The notes beneath the pieces were generated by a model. The model ran no database searches. It was not told where the DNA came from and was given only the letters and a program-made list of their open reading frames with translations. A DNA stretch of 64,000 nucleotides from a virus: positions 6,856 through 70,855 of the IMG/VR virus record IMGVR_UViG_3300027969_003010. One strand, given 5' to 3'. This document shows positions 50,924-60,764 of this stretch, piece by piece (the stretch's first letter is position 1; every line of letters begins with the position of its first letter). The position numbers and the translations under genes are program-made.

Positions 50924-53767
50924 ATGGATTTAAGAACACTTCTTAATAAGCTAGACAAGCTAGATAGTCATCAGGTGTTGATGGAAAGCAATACTATTCG
51001 TGAAGAAATACTTTCAGCAGAATTGCAATTGTTAAAAGAAGCATACTCTGCGTTAATGGAACGAGCTCTTAAGAGAGAACTTGATGCATTACGTAATGTT
51101 AAAGATGTAGAACTACGCAAAAGCAAGTTAGCCGCACTAGCATCAAAGAACGGTTACCCTGGAATATTTGATCCAGTTACTGGTAAGTGGGTCGATAACG
51201 AAGGAAATTTTGCTTGGTTTGGGCCTTATCAAGCAGAAGTTGAAAAGATGATGGACGATGGGCTTGTTCCTCCTGAAGCACAAACTAGTGCATTCTGGGG
51301 ATTAATGGGCAAAGATAAAGCTGAAGCAATAAAAATAAGTACTGCAAATGCCAGTAGATTTGAAATGATTGACGGTGCAGACGAAATTATAGATAAAGCA
51401 AATCAAAGTAAGCCAGCAATGGATGAATCTTTTGCCAAAGGATCGTTAGCACGAGCATTAACAGAAGATTTTGGTTATTCATCTAACTATCTCATAGAAG
51501 CTATTAGTACTACTGAGCATTTAAAATTAAAAGCATACATTGAAAAACTTAATAATCCTGAATATAAAGACGATGGTGAAGTTCAAAAAGTAATTTTTAA
51601 ATATCAAGAATATGTAAAATATCGCGATTTACTAATTGCTAAGATTAAAGAAGCATTAGCACGATTCACAGCTAAAAAGGCGCCGGCGCCAAAAGCGGCT
51701 GAAGCTGGGGCAAGCACGTTTAGTACTAATCCACTGGATTATAAAGGGGATGCCGCAACCACAGTTAACTATGGTGCATTTGGAGAACCTAAACTTAATG
51801 AATCTCGCGGTGCGCTAAAAGAAGAATTCTACATTGTTCCCCATAAAGATAATACATCAAGCGTTGTGCATTTTTATTTAGACGAAAGTGGCAATGTAGT
51901 TGGATACGTTGTTACTGAAGATATCGAGGCATTAGGGCGTGGCGCATTAGATGGTTTAACGTTTGGATGGGGCGATAATGCTGTTGCAGGGATTATTTCC
52001 ATGTACAAAGGCACTCCTTACGGTGCAGAACTAATTAAACAAATTAAAGCATCCGAAGAAGCAAAATCTCGTGCGCCAGTTTGGTATTACGGTGGAATGA
52101 TTGCTGGTGGTGCTGGCTGGGGTGGAACCAGTTTAGCCGGCAACTTGGCGGCCGCTGGCGTAAACGTGGCTAGTGATTTTGTTAGAACTCCTGTAAATGA
52201 TAAAATTAAACAACAGTATAAAGATGATCAAGCAAAAAAACTTAAAAAAGTTCAAGGAACTGTTGGTGCAGAACCAACAGGTGTGCCTGATGCTAACACT
52301 GTTAATGCTGTAAAAACAAAGGCCGCACCAGTTACAGCAAAAGTTAATACACCAGCACCTACAGGTGAAATGGGAGAAGTCTTTACAGCGTTTGGTGCTA
52401 AAGACATGAATGGTCTTTTTGTTAAATTAAAAAGCCAAGGTGTGAAAACTATTGACCAATTAGGTGATGCTATTGGAAAAGCTCTAAAGATCGAACCAAT
52501 GACTGTGGTAAAGCCAGGCGGTGCACCTGTTGCAGAATCAATAACTTATTCTAGCATGAGCGAAAGCGAGCGCATGGCTTATTTGCGTAATCGTCTAAGC
52601 AACATAGAACAGACTGAACAGTTAGATGAAGCTATTCCTGGATTGGGTTGGCTATTTGGCAAAATACTTGGTACCGGTGGAACGGCCGTTATTAAAGGGT
52701 TAGCAGGAATTGAAAAAGTTTTTGGTAAAGGCGTTAAAGAAATAGCACTACCTGGTGCAGGCGCGGCTAAACAAATTTGGAGATTAGAAACTACTGGAGT
52801 AAACGCTGGTAAATGGTCCGCTGTTGTAACTAGAAACCGTGTTCGTACTAGAGTATTTAAAACTGCTGACGAAATAGCCGATGATCTAAAGAATGCATTA
52901 CACAGTGGGTTTGTACCAAAAGCTAGACCAGGTCAACCTACATTACCTGCGGCTCCTCCATCCGGATGGATAAATCCTGGATCACAAGTTGCAAGTGCTG
53001 AATTAAATGGTGTGAAATACATAAAAGATGCAGACGGTAAGTGGTACATGAAAAATTCCTCTACAGGAGTCCACGTACCAGTAGTTGACAGAGCTGTGTT
53101 ACAATCATTAGAGCAGGGTGCTATAAGAACAGGTATGCTAGGTCAATTAGCCGCAAAATATCCAAGACTTGCGGCTGGATTTAAAGGTGTTGGTTCAATA
53201 CTTAAATTTGGTTGGAATAACAAGTGGTGGATTGCGTTGGCCGCTATTATTGCGGCTGGATATTGGGCATGGTCAAACAGACCAGAAGAACCACCTGTGC
53301 CACCTGAACTACCACCGGGAGCTGATGCAGAAGCAGAACCAGGCGGATTACCTCTTGCACCAGGTGGGTTAGAAGGTGGAATACCACCAAACGCAGACGG
53401 CACATGTAAAGACGGCTATACTCTTGATCCTGTTAAAAAACTATGTATGCCTGGAATACCACCAAACGCAGACGGCACATGTAAAGACGGCTATACTCTT
53501 GATCCTGTTAAAAAACTATGTATGCCTGATAAGAAAAATAACAAGGAACCTGGTGAGCAAGATGGTAAAAAAGTATCTCCGGAAGTGCAACAATCAGCTG
53601 ACAATCTTCGAAAATTGTTGCAACAATTAAAAGACATGTATCCAGCAGATAAAGAAACTAGAGACATTGAGGCTGAAGTTGAGGATGCATTGAAAGGTAT
53701 TCCTGTTAGATCAAGTGCGCAAGAAGTCAATCCAACATCTACACCAAATAATCGCTATAATTTCTAA
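50924..53767 (+). CDS. Large hypothetical protein (947 aa) with a TM segment; possible ejected virion protein
   Basis: WWIALAAIIAAGYWAW TM helix, GALDGLTFGWGD motif, Pro-rich linker, duplicated Cys module. Confidence 0.7.
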   Translation: MDLRTLLNKLDKLDSHQVLMESNTIREEILSAELQLLKEAYSALMERALKRELDALRNVKDVELRKSKLAALASKNGYPGIFDPVTGKWVDNEGNFAWFGPYQAEVEKMMDDGLVPPEAQTSAFWGLMGKDKAEAIKISTANASRFEMIDGADEIIDKANQSKPAMDESFAKGSLARALTEDFGYSSNYLIEAISTTEHLKLKAYIEKLNNPEYKDDGEVQKVIFKYQEYVKYRDLLIAKIKEALARFTAKKAPAPKAAEAGASTFSTNPLDYKGDAATTVNYGAFGEPKLNESRGALKEEFYIVPHKDNTSSVVHFYLDESGNVVGYVVTEDIEALGRGALDGLTFGWGDNAVAGIISMYKGTPYGAELIKQIKASEEAKSRAPVWYYGGMIAGGAGWGGTSLAGNLAAAGVNVASDFVRTPVNDKIKQQYKDDQAKKLKKVQGTVGAEPTGVPDANTVNAVKTKAAPVTAKVNTPAPTGEMGEVFTAFGAKDMNGLFVKLKSQGVKTIDQLGDAIGKALKIEPMTVVKPGGAPVAESITYSSMSESERMAYLRNRLSNIEQTEQLDEAIPGLGWLFGKILGTGGTAVIKGLAGIEKVFGKGVKEIALPGAGAAKQIWRLETTGVNAGKWSAVVTRNRVRTRVFKTADEIADDLKNALHSGFVPKARPGQPTLPAAPPSGWINPGSQVASAELNGVKYIKDADGKWYMKNSSTGVHVPVVDRAVLQSLEQGAIRTGMLGQLAAKYPRLAAGFKGVGSILKFGWNNKWWIALAAIIAAGYWAWSNRPEEPPVPPELPPGADAEAEPGGLPLAPGGLEGGIPPNADGTCKDGYTLDPVKKLCMPGIPPNADGTCKDGYTLDPVKKLCMPDKKNNKEPGEQDGKKVSPEVQQSADNLRKLLQQLKDMYPADKETRDIEAEVEDALKGIPVRSSAQEVNPTSTPNNRYNF
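53378..53527 (+). repeat. Perfect 75-bp tandem duplication (GIPPNADGTCKDGYTLDPVKKLCMP x2)
   Basis: Identical copies at 53378-53452 and 53453-53527. Confidence 0.92.
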
Positions 53768-53774
53768 TTAAATG

Positions 53775-53825
53775 GCAATCTTTTTCGTCTAAAAGATTGC
53801 TATTGTTAGATAACTAGTATATAAT
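53775..53825 (+). promoter_or_regulatory. Hairpin overlapping a sigma70-type promoter
   Basis: GCAATCTTTT-tcgtct-AAAAGATTGC; TTGCTA-17bp-TATAAT (53797-53825). Confidence 0.55.
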
Positions 53826-53849
53826 TAGGCTATAGTTAAGGAGACTTAC

Positions 53850-54107
53850 ATGTCAGGACGTTCATACGGTGCAGAAGAAAAGGCAAAATTGGAAAGATTA
53901 ATCAGTGAAGGCAGTACAGTACTACGCGAAATTGAAGATTTATCAGAAGGCTTAAAAGAAACAGTTAAGGCAGTAGCAGAAGAACTAAATGTAAAACCCA
54001 GCGTTATTAATCGTGCAATTAAAATTGCACATAAAGGCGATTGGACTAGTCACAATGAAGATTGGGCAGAGATTGAAGCTATTTTAGATATTACAAAACG
54101 TATCTAA
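53850..54107 (+). CDS. Small dsDNA-binding protein (T4 DsbA / GapR-like)
   Basis: Coiled coil LREIEDLSEGLKETVKAVAEELNVKPSVINRAIK; AAGGAG RBS. Confidence 0.55.
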   Translation: MSGRSYGAEEKAKLERLISEGSTVLREIEDLSEGLKETVKAVAEELNVKPSVINRAIKIAHKGDWTSHNEDWAEIEAILDITKRI

Positions 54108-54128
54108 TAAGTATATAACGAAAGGCAG

Positions 54129-54173
54129 GCGGGCCATAATCCGCATATAGGTATTTGCAAGCCGTAAATTGCA
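54129..54173 (+). promoter_or_regulatory. Twin hairpins with GCCRTAAW loops in the DNA polymerase leader (candidate translational operator)
   Basis: GCGG-GCCATAAT-CCGC and TGCAA-GCCGTAAA-TTGCA directly before the GGAG RBS. Confidence 0.6.
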
Positions 54174-54185
54174 TATGGAGAATAA

Positions 54186-56855
54186 ATGAGCTATGTAGAC
54201 GCATGGTTTGACCGTAATAACGATGTTATTAAAGTTGTCGAACGCAACAAAAAAGGTGAAAGGGAATTCAGAGACATTCCTGTACGCCACACATTTTACT
54301 ATAAAGACGCCCGTGGGAAGTATCTTTCAATTTACGGTGACGCTCTAAGCAAAGTTGTAGTTAAGAGTACTAAAGAACTACGCAAAGAACAAGCAATCAA
54401 TTCAGGTAAACAATTATTTGAATCTGATATTAATCCAATATTTGTCACATTAAGCGAAAATTATCTTAATGCGGACGCTCCAAAACTAAACGTAGCGTTT
54501 TTCGATATTGAAGTGGACTTTGATCCAGAAAGAGGCTATAGCACACCAGACGATGCGTTCATGCCTATTACTGCTATCGCTGTTCACTTACAATGGATGG
54601 AAACTATGGTTTGTCTAGCAGTTCCTCCTAAGACACTAACTATGGAAGAAGCTACCGCTATGGTTGAAGAGTTTCCAAATACTATGCTGTTTAAAACAGA
54701 AGCAGAAATGTTGGATGTATTTTTAGATTTGATTAAAGAAGCAGACATATTAACTGGTTGGAATTCAGAAGGTTATGATATTCCTTATACTGTCAACCGC
54801 GTTACTAAGGTACTGAGTAAGGACGATACTAGACGGTTCTGTTTGTTTGATCAATATCCTAAACGCAGAGAATATGAAAAGTTTGGGCGGCAATCAGTTA
54901 CATATGATCTAGTGGGTCGTGTACACCTGGACAGTCTTGAACTGTATCGTAAGTACACTTATGAAGAACGCCATAGTTATCGATTGGATGCTATTGCAGA
55001 ATATGAGTTGGGCGAACGTAAAACACAATACGAAGGCACACTGGATCAACTTTATAATCATGATTTTAAAAAGTTCATTGAATATAACAGACAAGACTGT
55101 GCGCTTCTTGATCGCCTAGACAAGAAGCTTAAATTCCTTGACCTTGCTAACACACTGGCACATGAAAATACTGTGCTACTGCAAACTACTATGGGTGCCG
55201 TGGCTGTAACTGAGCAGGCTATTATTAACGAAGCACATAGACGTAATATGCAAGTACCTAATCGTACTAAAATGGACGACCGTGAAGAAAATACTGCGGC
55301 GGCTGGTGCGTATGTTGCATATCCTAAAGAAGGCATTCACGACTGGATTGGTTCATTAGACATTAACAGTCTATATCCTAGTGCCATTCGTGCGCTTAAC
55401 ATGGGCCCAGAAACTATTATTGGTCAGTTACGTCAGACAATGACACAAGAGTATATCGATAATAAGATGGCAAAAGGTTCTAGTTTTGCGGCAAGCTGGG
55501 AAGGTATCTTTGGATCACTAGAATATACTGCTGTGATGAATCAAGAGATTGGCACAGACATTACTATCGACTGGGAGAATGGCCAGACTGATGTTATTAG
55601 TGCGGCCGAAGTTTATAAGTTAATATTTGACAGTCATCAGCCCTGGGTACTAAGTGCTAACGGTACTATCTTTACTTACGAAAAGGAAGGTATTATTCCC
55701 GGCTTGTTAAAGCGTTGGTATGCTGAACGTAAAGAGATGCAGGCCAAACTCAAAGACTGTATTAAGACTGGCAACAAAATTGAAGAAGAGTATTGGGACA
55801 AACGACAGTTGGTCAAGAAGATTAATCTAAACAGTTTGTATGGTGCTATTTTGAATCCTGGTTGTAGATTCTTTGACAAACGTATCGGACAGTCAACTAC
55901 ACTAACAGGTCGTCAGATTGTTAAACACATGGCGGCCAAAGTAAATGAAATTGTTGCCGGAGACTATGACTATCGCGGTAAAGCTATTATCTATGGCGAT
56001 ACAGACTCATGTTATTTTTCAGCATATAAGACATTACAACAAGATATTGATGCTGGTAATATTGAATGGACTAAAGAAAATGTGATTGCACTATATGATA
56101 ATATTGGCGAGGAAGTTAATACAACCTTTCCGCAGTTTATGTTGGATACATTTCACGTGCCAAAGACCCGTGGTGAAGTTATTAAAGCGGGTCGTGAGAT
56201 TGTAGGTAGTAAGAGTTTGTTTATTACTAAAAAGCGTTATGCCGTGCTGTACTATGACAAAGAAGGCAAACGGGCAGACGTAGATGGTAAACCTGGTAAG
56301 ATCAAGGCCATGGGCTTGGATTTGAAGCGTAGTGATACGCCGGAATTTATTCAGAACTTTTTAAGTGATGTACTTGAAAAGGTCTTAACAGGAGCCACCG
56401 AAACTGATGTATTGGCACACATAAGCGAATTTAGATTGAGATTTAAGAGTCGGCCGGGTTGGGAAAAAGGTAGTCCAAAACGTGCTAACAAAGTTACTGA
56501 ATATCAAGCTAAAGAAGCAAAAGCTGGTAAGGCTAATATGCCAGGGCATGTCCGTGCTAGTATTAATTGGAATACATTGAAGCGTATGTTTGGCGACAAG
56601 TATAGCATGAATATCACAGACGGACAAAAAGTAATTGTTTGCAAACTAAAACAAAATCCTATGGGCTTTACATCGGTAGCATATCCTGTAGATGAGTTAC
56701 GTTTGCCACAATGGTTTAAGGACATGCCGTTTGATCATGAAGAAATGGAACAGACTATTATTGATAACAAATTAGATAACCTAATCGGAGTATTGAAATG
56801 GGACGTTCGCAGTACTGAAGAAAAGAACACTTTTAATTCACTATTTGAGTTTTAA
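54186..56855 (+). CDS. Family B DNA polymerase (T4 gp43-like)
   Basis: Exonuclease FFDIE, GWNSEGYDIPY and YNRQD; polymerase DINSLYPS, KINLNSLYG, YGDTDS, KKRY. Confidence 0.96.
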   Translation: MSYVDAWFDRNNDVIKVVERNKKGEREFRDIPVRHTFYYKDARGKYLSIYGDALSKVVVKSTKELRKEQAINSGKQLFESDINPIFVTLSENYLNADAPKLNVAFFDIEVDFDPERGYSTPDDAFMPITAIAVHLQWMETMVCLAVPPKTLTMEEATAMVEEFPNTMLFKTEAEMLDVFLDLIKEADILTGWNSEGYDIPYTVNRVTKVLSKDDTRRFCLFDQYPKRREYEKFGRQSVTYDLVGRVHLDSLELYRKYTYEERHSYRLDAIAEYELGERKTQYEGTLDQLYNHDFKKFIEYNRQDCALLDRLDKKLKFLDLANTLAHENTVLLQTTMGAVAVTEQAIINEAHRRNMQVPNRTKMDDREENTAAAGAYVAYPKEGIHDWIGSLDINSLYPSAIRALNMGPETIIGQLRQTMTQEYIDNKMAKGSSFAASWEGIFGSLEYTAVMNQEIGTDITIDWENGQTDVISAAEVYKLIFDSHQPWVLSANGTIFTYEKEGIIPGLLKRWYAERKEMQAKLKDCIKTGNKIEEEYWDKRQLVKKINLNSLYGAILNPGCRFFDKRIGQSTTLTGRQIVKHMAAKVNEIVAGDYDYRGKAIIYGDTDSCYFSAYKTLQQDIDAGNIEWTKENVIALYDNIGEEVNTTFPQFMLDTFHVPKTRGEVIKAGREIVGSKSLFITKKRYAVLYYDKEGKRADVDGKPGKIKAMGLDLKRSDTPEFIQNFLSDVLEKVLTGATETDVLAHISEFRLRFKSRPGWEKGSPKRANKVTEYQAKEAKAGKANMPGHVRASINWNTLKRMFGDKYSMNITDGQKVIVCKLKQNPMGFTSVAYPVDELRLPQWFKDMPFDHEEMEQTIIDNKLDNLIGVLKWDVRSTEEKNTFNSLFEF

Positions 56856-56856
56856 T

Positions 56857-57630
56857 ATGAAAATTATAATTGCAGGGTACGGATTTGTTGGTAAGGCAGT
56901 GGCTAGTGTGTTACAAACTAAACACGAACTGGTCATTGTTGATCCAAAATATAACGATAATAAAATTACAGACCATATAGATGCAGATGGCATTATCATT
57001 TGTGTGTCTACTCCTACTACTGAAAATGGCATTTGCGATGTAAACAATATTGCCAATGTAATAGATCACGTTCCATTTTTTATGCCTGTAATGATCAAGA
57101 GTACATTAACTCCTCCTAATGTACAAGGATTTAAAGAAATATACGAAAATCATAGTATTGTATACAGCCCAGAATTTTTAAGAGCCGGTACTGCCAATAC
57201 AGATTTTGCCAATCAAAAATATATTATCATAGGCGGCGAAGATCCAGAAGGATTTTGGCACGAACTATTCACTACTACATTGCCTAATTGTAAAATGGTT
57301 TTTCAATGCAGTGAGGAAGAAGCATGTATGATCAAATACACTGTGAATTGTTTTCTTGCTCTTAAAGCCAGTTACTTTAATCAAATAGCAGATATTTGTG
57401 ATAACAATAAAATGGACTATGATATAGTAAGACACATTGTAAGTCAAGATACTAGGATTGGTGCAGGACATACATTAGTGCCGGGCCCAGATGGACAGCG
57501 AGGATGGGGAGGTGCATGTTTCCCCAAAGACACTGAAGCATTTTTACAATGGACTAAAACTATTGAGATGCCAGCAACATTGGTGGAATCATCTATCCAA
57601 TACAACACTAAAGTAAGAAAAAACTCTTGA
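56857..57630 (+). CDS. UDP-glucose dehydrogenase-like protein (lacks the C-terminal domain)
   Basis: GYGFVG, CVSTP, IKST, SPEFLR, GWGGACFPKD. Confidence 0.85.
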   Translation: MKIIIAGYGFVGKAVASVLQTKHELVIVDPKYNDNKITDHIDADGIIICVSTPTTENGICDVNNIANVIDHVPFFMPVMIKSTLTPPNVQGFKEIYENHSIVYSPEFLRAGTANTDFANQKYIIIGGEDPEGFWHELFTTTLPNCKMVFQCSEEEACMIKYTVNCFLALKASYFNQIADICDNNKMDYDIVRHIVSQDTRIGAGHTLVPGPDGQRGWGGACFPKDTEAFLQWTKTIEMPATLVESSIQYNTKVRKNS

Positions 57631-57655
57631 CTTTAAACAAAAACCTAAATATAAT
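57627..57655 (+). promoter_or_regulatory. Sigma70-type promoter
   Basis: TTGACT-17bp-TATAAT; an overlapping CTAAATA late-type motif. Confidence 0.7.
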
Positions 57656-57673
57656 ACACATAAGGAGATTCAT

Positions 57674-58405
57674 ATGAAAGATATTTTACAGGACTTAGTA
57701 GCACATACGCATAGTCTAGGATTTTTACTGCTAGTTAAAATTTCTAGCACAGACGCAGAAACAGTTATTGAAGGCATGGCAGAAGACCGTAGTGTTATTT
57801 TGCAAGCCAAAACAAACAAGCCAGTTAGCAATTTTGAAGGCACATTTGGTATGCCTAACTTGAACAAGTTAGATTTGCATTTGAAGTGCCCAGAATACAA
57901 AGAAGGCGCAAGTATTGAAGTAGTTACACAACAACGTAACGGCGAAGATATTCCAACAGGACTACATTTTGAAAATGCATTTGGCGACTTTAAAAACGAC
58001 TATCGTTTTATGAACGCAGAAATTATTAATGAACAAATGAAAACTGTCAAGTTCAAAGGCGCACAGTGGAACATTGAATTTGAACCTACAGTGGCCAGTA
58101 TTCAGAAATTGAAATATCAAGCGGCCGCACACACTGAAGAAACTACATTCCAAGTAACAACTAAAGATGATAACTTGATTTTTAGTTTTGGTGATGCAAC
58201 AACACATGCTGGTAGTTTTGTATTCCAAGCAGGTGTAACAGGTAAGTTAAAACAAACGTGGGCATGGCCAGTTAGCCAGTTGCAAAGTATTTTGAATTTA
58301 ACTGGTGACAAGATGGTTCGTATTAGTGATGCAGGTGCATTACAAATTACTGTAGACAGCGGACTTGCTGAATACAATTACATTCTTCCAGCACAAGCTA
58401 AATGA
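57674..58405 (+). CDS. Putative DNA polymerase sliding clamp (gp45-like)
   Basis: 243 aa, alternating beta/alpha pattern, next to polB, clamp loader present in the window; assignment is mainly by context. Confidence 0.6.
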   Translation: MKDILQDLVAHTHSLGFLLLVKISSTDAETVIEGMAEDRSVILQAKTNKPVSNFEGTFGMPNLNKLDLHLKCPEYKEGASIEVVTQQRNGEDIPTGLHFENAFGDFKNDYRFMNAEIINEQMKTVKFKGAQWNIEFEPTVASIQKLKYQAAAHTEETTFQVTTKDDNLIFSFGDATTHAGSFVFQAGVTGKLKQTWAWPVSQLQSILNLTGDKMVRISDAGALQITVDSGLAEYNYILPAQAK

Positions 58406-58569
58406 ACCAAGTAGATCCAAAAATACTCGAATTAGAAAGACAGATACAGTTCTTAAAGGAACAAGTTATTCGTCTTTCTAAAATGTGTGAGTACTTAGAT
58501 CGTGAACGGGTCCGTTCAAAAAATGACATAGGTCAAATCGTACAAGAAGTACGGGCAAGGAGAGGATAA
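58402..58569 (+). CDS. Small coiled-coil protein (55 aa, not in the ORF track)
   Basis: ATGA/TAATG-coupled on both sides; MNQVDPKILELERQIQFLKEQV... Confidence 0.6.
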   Translation: MNQVDPKILELERQIQFLKEQVIRLSKMCEYLDRERVRSKNDIGQIVQEVRARRG

Positions 58570-58829
58570 TGTTTTTACAAGAATGGGTTAAATCGCATCT
58601 TAGCCAACTAGAAATGGTTGGAGTTATTATGCGTATTATTAGTTTTAGTTTAGTATCATGGTTAGGTCCAGCAAGTCCGTTTATGTTTGTATGGGTCTTT
58701 AATACTATCGATGCTGTACTATTAACATACTGTGCAACAATTAGAAAAGATCCAGCTTATACGTTATTAAACGGTTTTTGGATTATTGTAGGGCTGGTAG
58801 GTATTGCTAGGGCAGGTGGATTACTTTAA
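58569..58829 (+). CDS. Small membrane protein
   Basis: Three hydrophobic segments; coupled to the TGT-like gene. Confidence 0.65.
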   Translation: MFLQEWVKSHLSQLEMVGVIMRIISFSLVSWLGPASPFMFVWVFNTIDAVLLTYCATIRKDPAYTLLNGFWIIVGLVGIARAGGLL

Positions 58830-60532
58830 TGAATAAGAACTTAACAGCGGCACAGAATGACTATGCTTACTTCTTGCCAGCAACAAGTGGTTTCTATAGT
58901 ACATATATAGGCAAACAACGCTACAGTAACTATGTAGATCCTGCTCGTATACCTAAGAGCTTTGGCCCTATGGGTATTGAAGCAATGAACTATTTGAATC
59001 CCAATGCGGCATTTTACTTTGACCATTGTTTGTATTCAGCTGGACATGCTAACTTAGATTTGAATAAACCCGATCCTAGTGAAGATATGTTTCGTAACAG
59101 AGACCGTAGCACCAGTTGGGTGTTAGGTGACTCGGGTGGCTTCCAGATTGGTAAAGGTGTTTGGGAAGGCGAATGGAATGATCCAAACGGCCCAGTAGTT
59201 GCACAGCGTATGGCGGAAGCAGTTGCTAAGGGTATTGAACTAGTTCCACAAGTACATCCTACGGGTCATCCTAAGACTGATAAGAATGGCAATCCAAAGT
59301 ATACTAAGATCGATCACGTTAAGTTGTATCAAGATAAACTAGATGCGGCACAGAAAAAACGTGAACAAGTATTAACTTGGATGGATGCATTAATGGATTA
59401 CGGTATGGTGCTGGATATTCCAGCATGGGTTGGTCGTAGTCCCGTGGGTGCTAAGAATAGTGGTGTTGGTAATTATCCACAGGCGGTTGCGGCTACCAAA
59501 TACAATAACGAATACTTTATCAAACATCGCACAGGTGCTTGTAAATTCTTAAATGTACTACAAGGCGAGAATCACGCACAAGCAGAAGATTGGTATCAGC
59601 AAATGAAAGACTTTTGTGATCCAACAAAATATGAACGTCCGTTCAACGGTTGGGCCATGGGTGGTCAGAATATGTGTGATGTGGATTTAGTATTACGTAG
59701 ATTAGTGGCATTGAAGTTCGATGGACTCCTTGAAAAGGGTCATCAAGACTGGATGCACTTCCTAGGCACCTCTAAATTAGAGTGGGCATTGTTATTAACT
59801 GACATACAACGAGCTATAAGGAAATATCATAATGAAAACTTTACCATCTCTTTTGACTGCGCCTCACCGTTCCTTGCCACAGCAAACGGTCAAATCTATG
59901 TCCAAACAGAAATCAAAGACAGAGAAAAATGGCTCTACAGAATGTTGCCGTCTCTTGATGACAAAAAGTACAGCCAGGATACAAGACTCTTCCAAGACGT
60001 AGTAGTACAAGATAAACACTTTACTAGTTTTACCACAAGTCCATTAATGGACGGTGTCGAAGTTAAAGACATTTGTATCTACGGTCCAAATGATCAAAAT
60101 AAAATTGGTAAAGTTGGTAAGACCAGCTGGGATAGTTTTACATACGCAATTATGATGGGCCATAATGTGTGGTTGCATTTGAACAGCGTACAAGAAGCTA
60201 ACCGCCAGTATGATGCTGGCTTGTGCCCAAGTATGCTGGTAGATGAAAGATTCAATCGTACATATTTTAAAGATGTAGTTGATGCTATCTTTAGTACAGA
60301 CGACAGGGCCATTGCTGAAGAGATTATCGAAGCATATAGTAAATTTTGGATGGCTATTCCAGGCACACGTGGCGCAATTGGTAAGAAAACAGTTAACGCT
60401 AGTACCATGTTTGCCAACTTGTTTGACGAAGTGGGCTCAAATAATGTACAATTAGAAGAAGAAGTAGATTTTGACGAATCTGCAATTGACAAACTAGACG
60501 ATTTAGAAGCAAGCGTCCATGACATTACCTGA
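58829..60532 (+). CDS. tRNA-guanine transglycosylase-like protein (DpdA-like DNA base-exchange enzyme)
   Basis: TGT barrel motifs in order: GDSGGFQ, MVLDIP, VLQG, GWAMGG, HFLG, SFDCASP, HN; no CxCxxC zinc site. Confidence 0.8.
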   Translation: MNKNLTAAQNDYAYFLPATSGFYSTYIGKQRYSNYVDPARIPKSFGPMGIEAMNYLNPNAAFYFDHCLYSAGHANLDLNKPDPSEDMFRNRDRSTSWVLGDSGGFQIGKGVWEGEWNDPNGPVVAQRMAEAVAKGIELVPQVHPTGHPKTDKNGNPKYTKIDHVKLYQDKLDAAQKKREQVLTWMDALMDYGMVLDIPAWVGRSPVGAKNSGVGNYPQAVAATKYNNEYFIKHRTGACKFLNVLQGENHAQAEDWYQQMKDFCDPTKYERPFNGWAMGGQNMCDVDLVLRRLVALKFDGLLEKGHQDWMHFLGTSKLEWALLLTDIQRAIRKYHNENFTISFDCASPFLATANGQIYVQTEIKDREKWLYRMLPSLDDKKYSQDTRLFQDVVVQDKHFTSFTTSPLMDGVEVKDICIYGPNDQNKIGKVGKTSWDSFTYAIMMGHNVWLHLNSVQEANRQYDAGLCPSMLVDERFNRTYFKDVVDAIFSTDDRAIAEEIIEAYSKFWMAIPGTRGAIGKKTVNASTMFANLFDEVGSNNVQLEEEVDFDESAIDKLDDLEASVHDIT

Positions 60533-60764
60533 TGAAAGATATCGAGCAGTTGTTCAGACTCAAAAGTTTTTACTTGAGATTTTGAATACTCCTCGAGTTC
60601 CAAAAGCAATCAAAGATCAAGCAAGAAGTTGTTTGCGTCATTATCCTAGCGACTGGGACATGAAACGTGCGGCTGACGGTGCACCAGATGTATTTCAAGA
60701 ACGTATGGAAGATGTAACTAGAATGTTTAAATCCTACGAGGAAAAGAAAAATGAGCAAGCGTAG
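60519..60764 (+). CDS. Small hypothetical protein
   Basis: MTLPDERYRAV...LRHYP; overlaps both neighbours. Confidence 0.7.
   Translation: MTLPDERYRAVVQTQKFLLEILNTPRVPKAIKDQARSCLRHYPSDWDMKRAADGAPDVFQERMEDVTRMFKSYEEKKNEQA

Noticed and set aside
53378-53527. Tandem repeat as a CRISPR array or DGR element
   Set aside because: Two adjacent in-frame copies, no spacers, no adenine-specific variation, and no cas or reverse transcriptase gene in the window.
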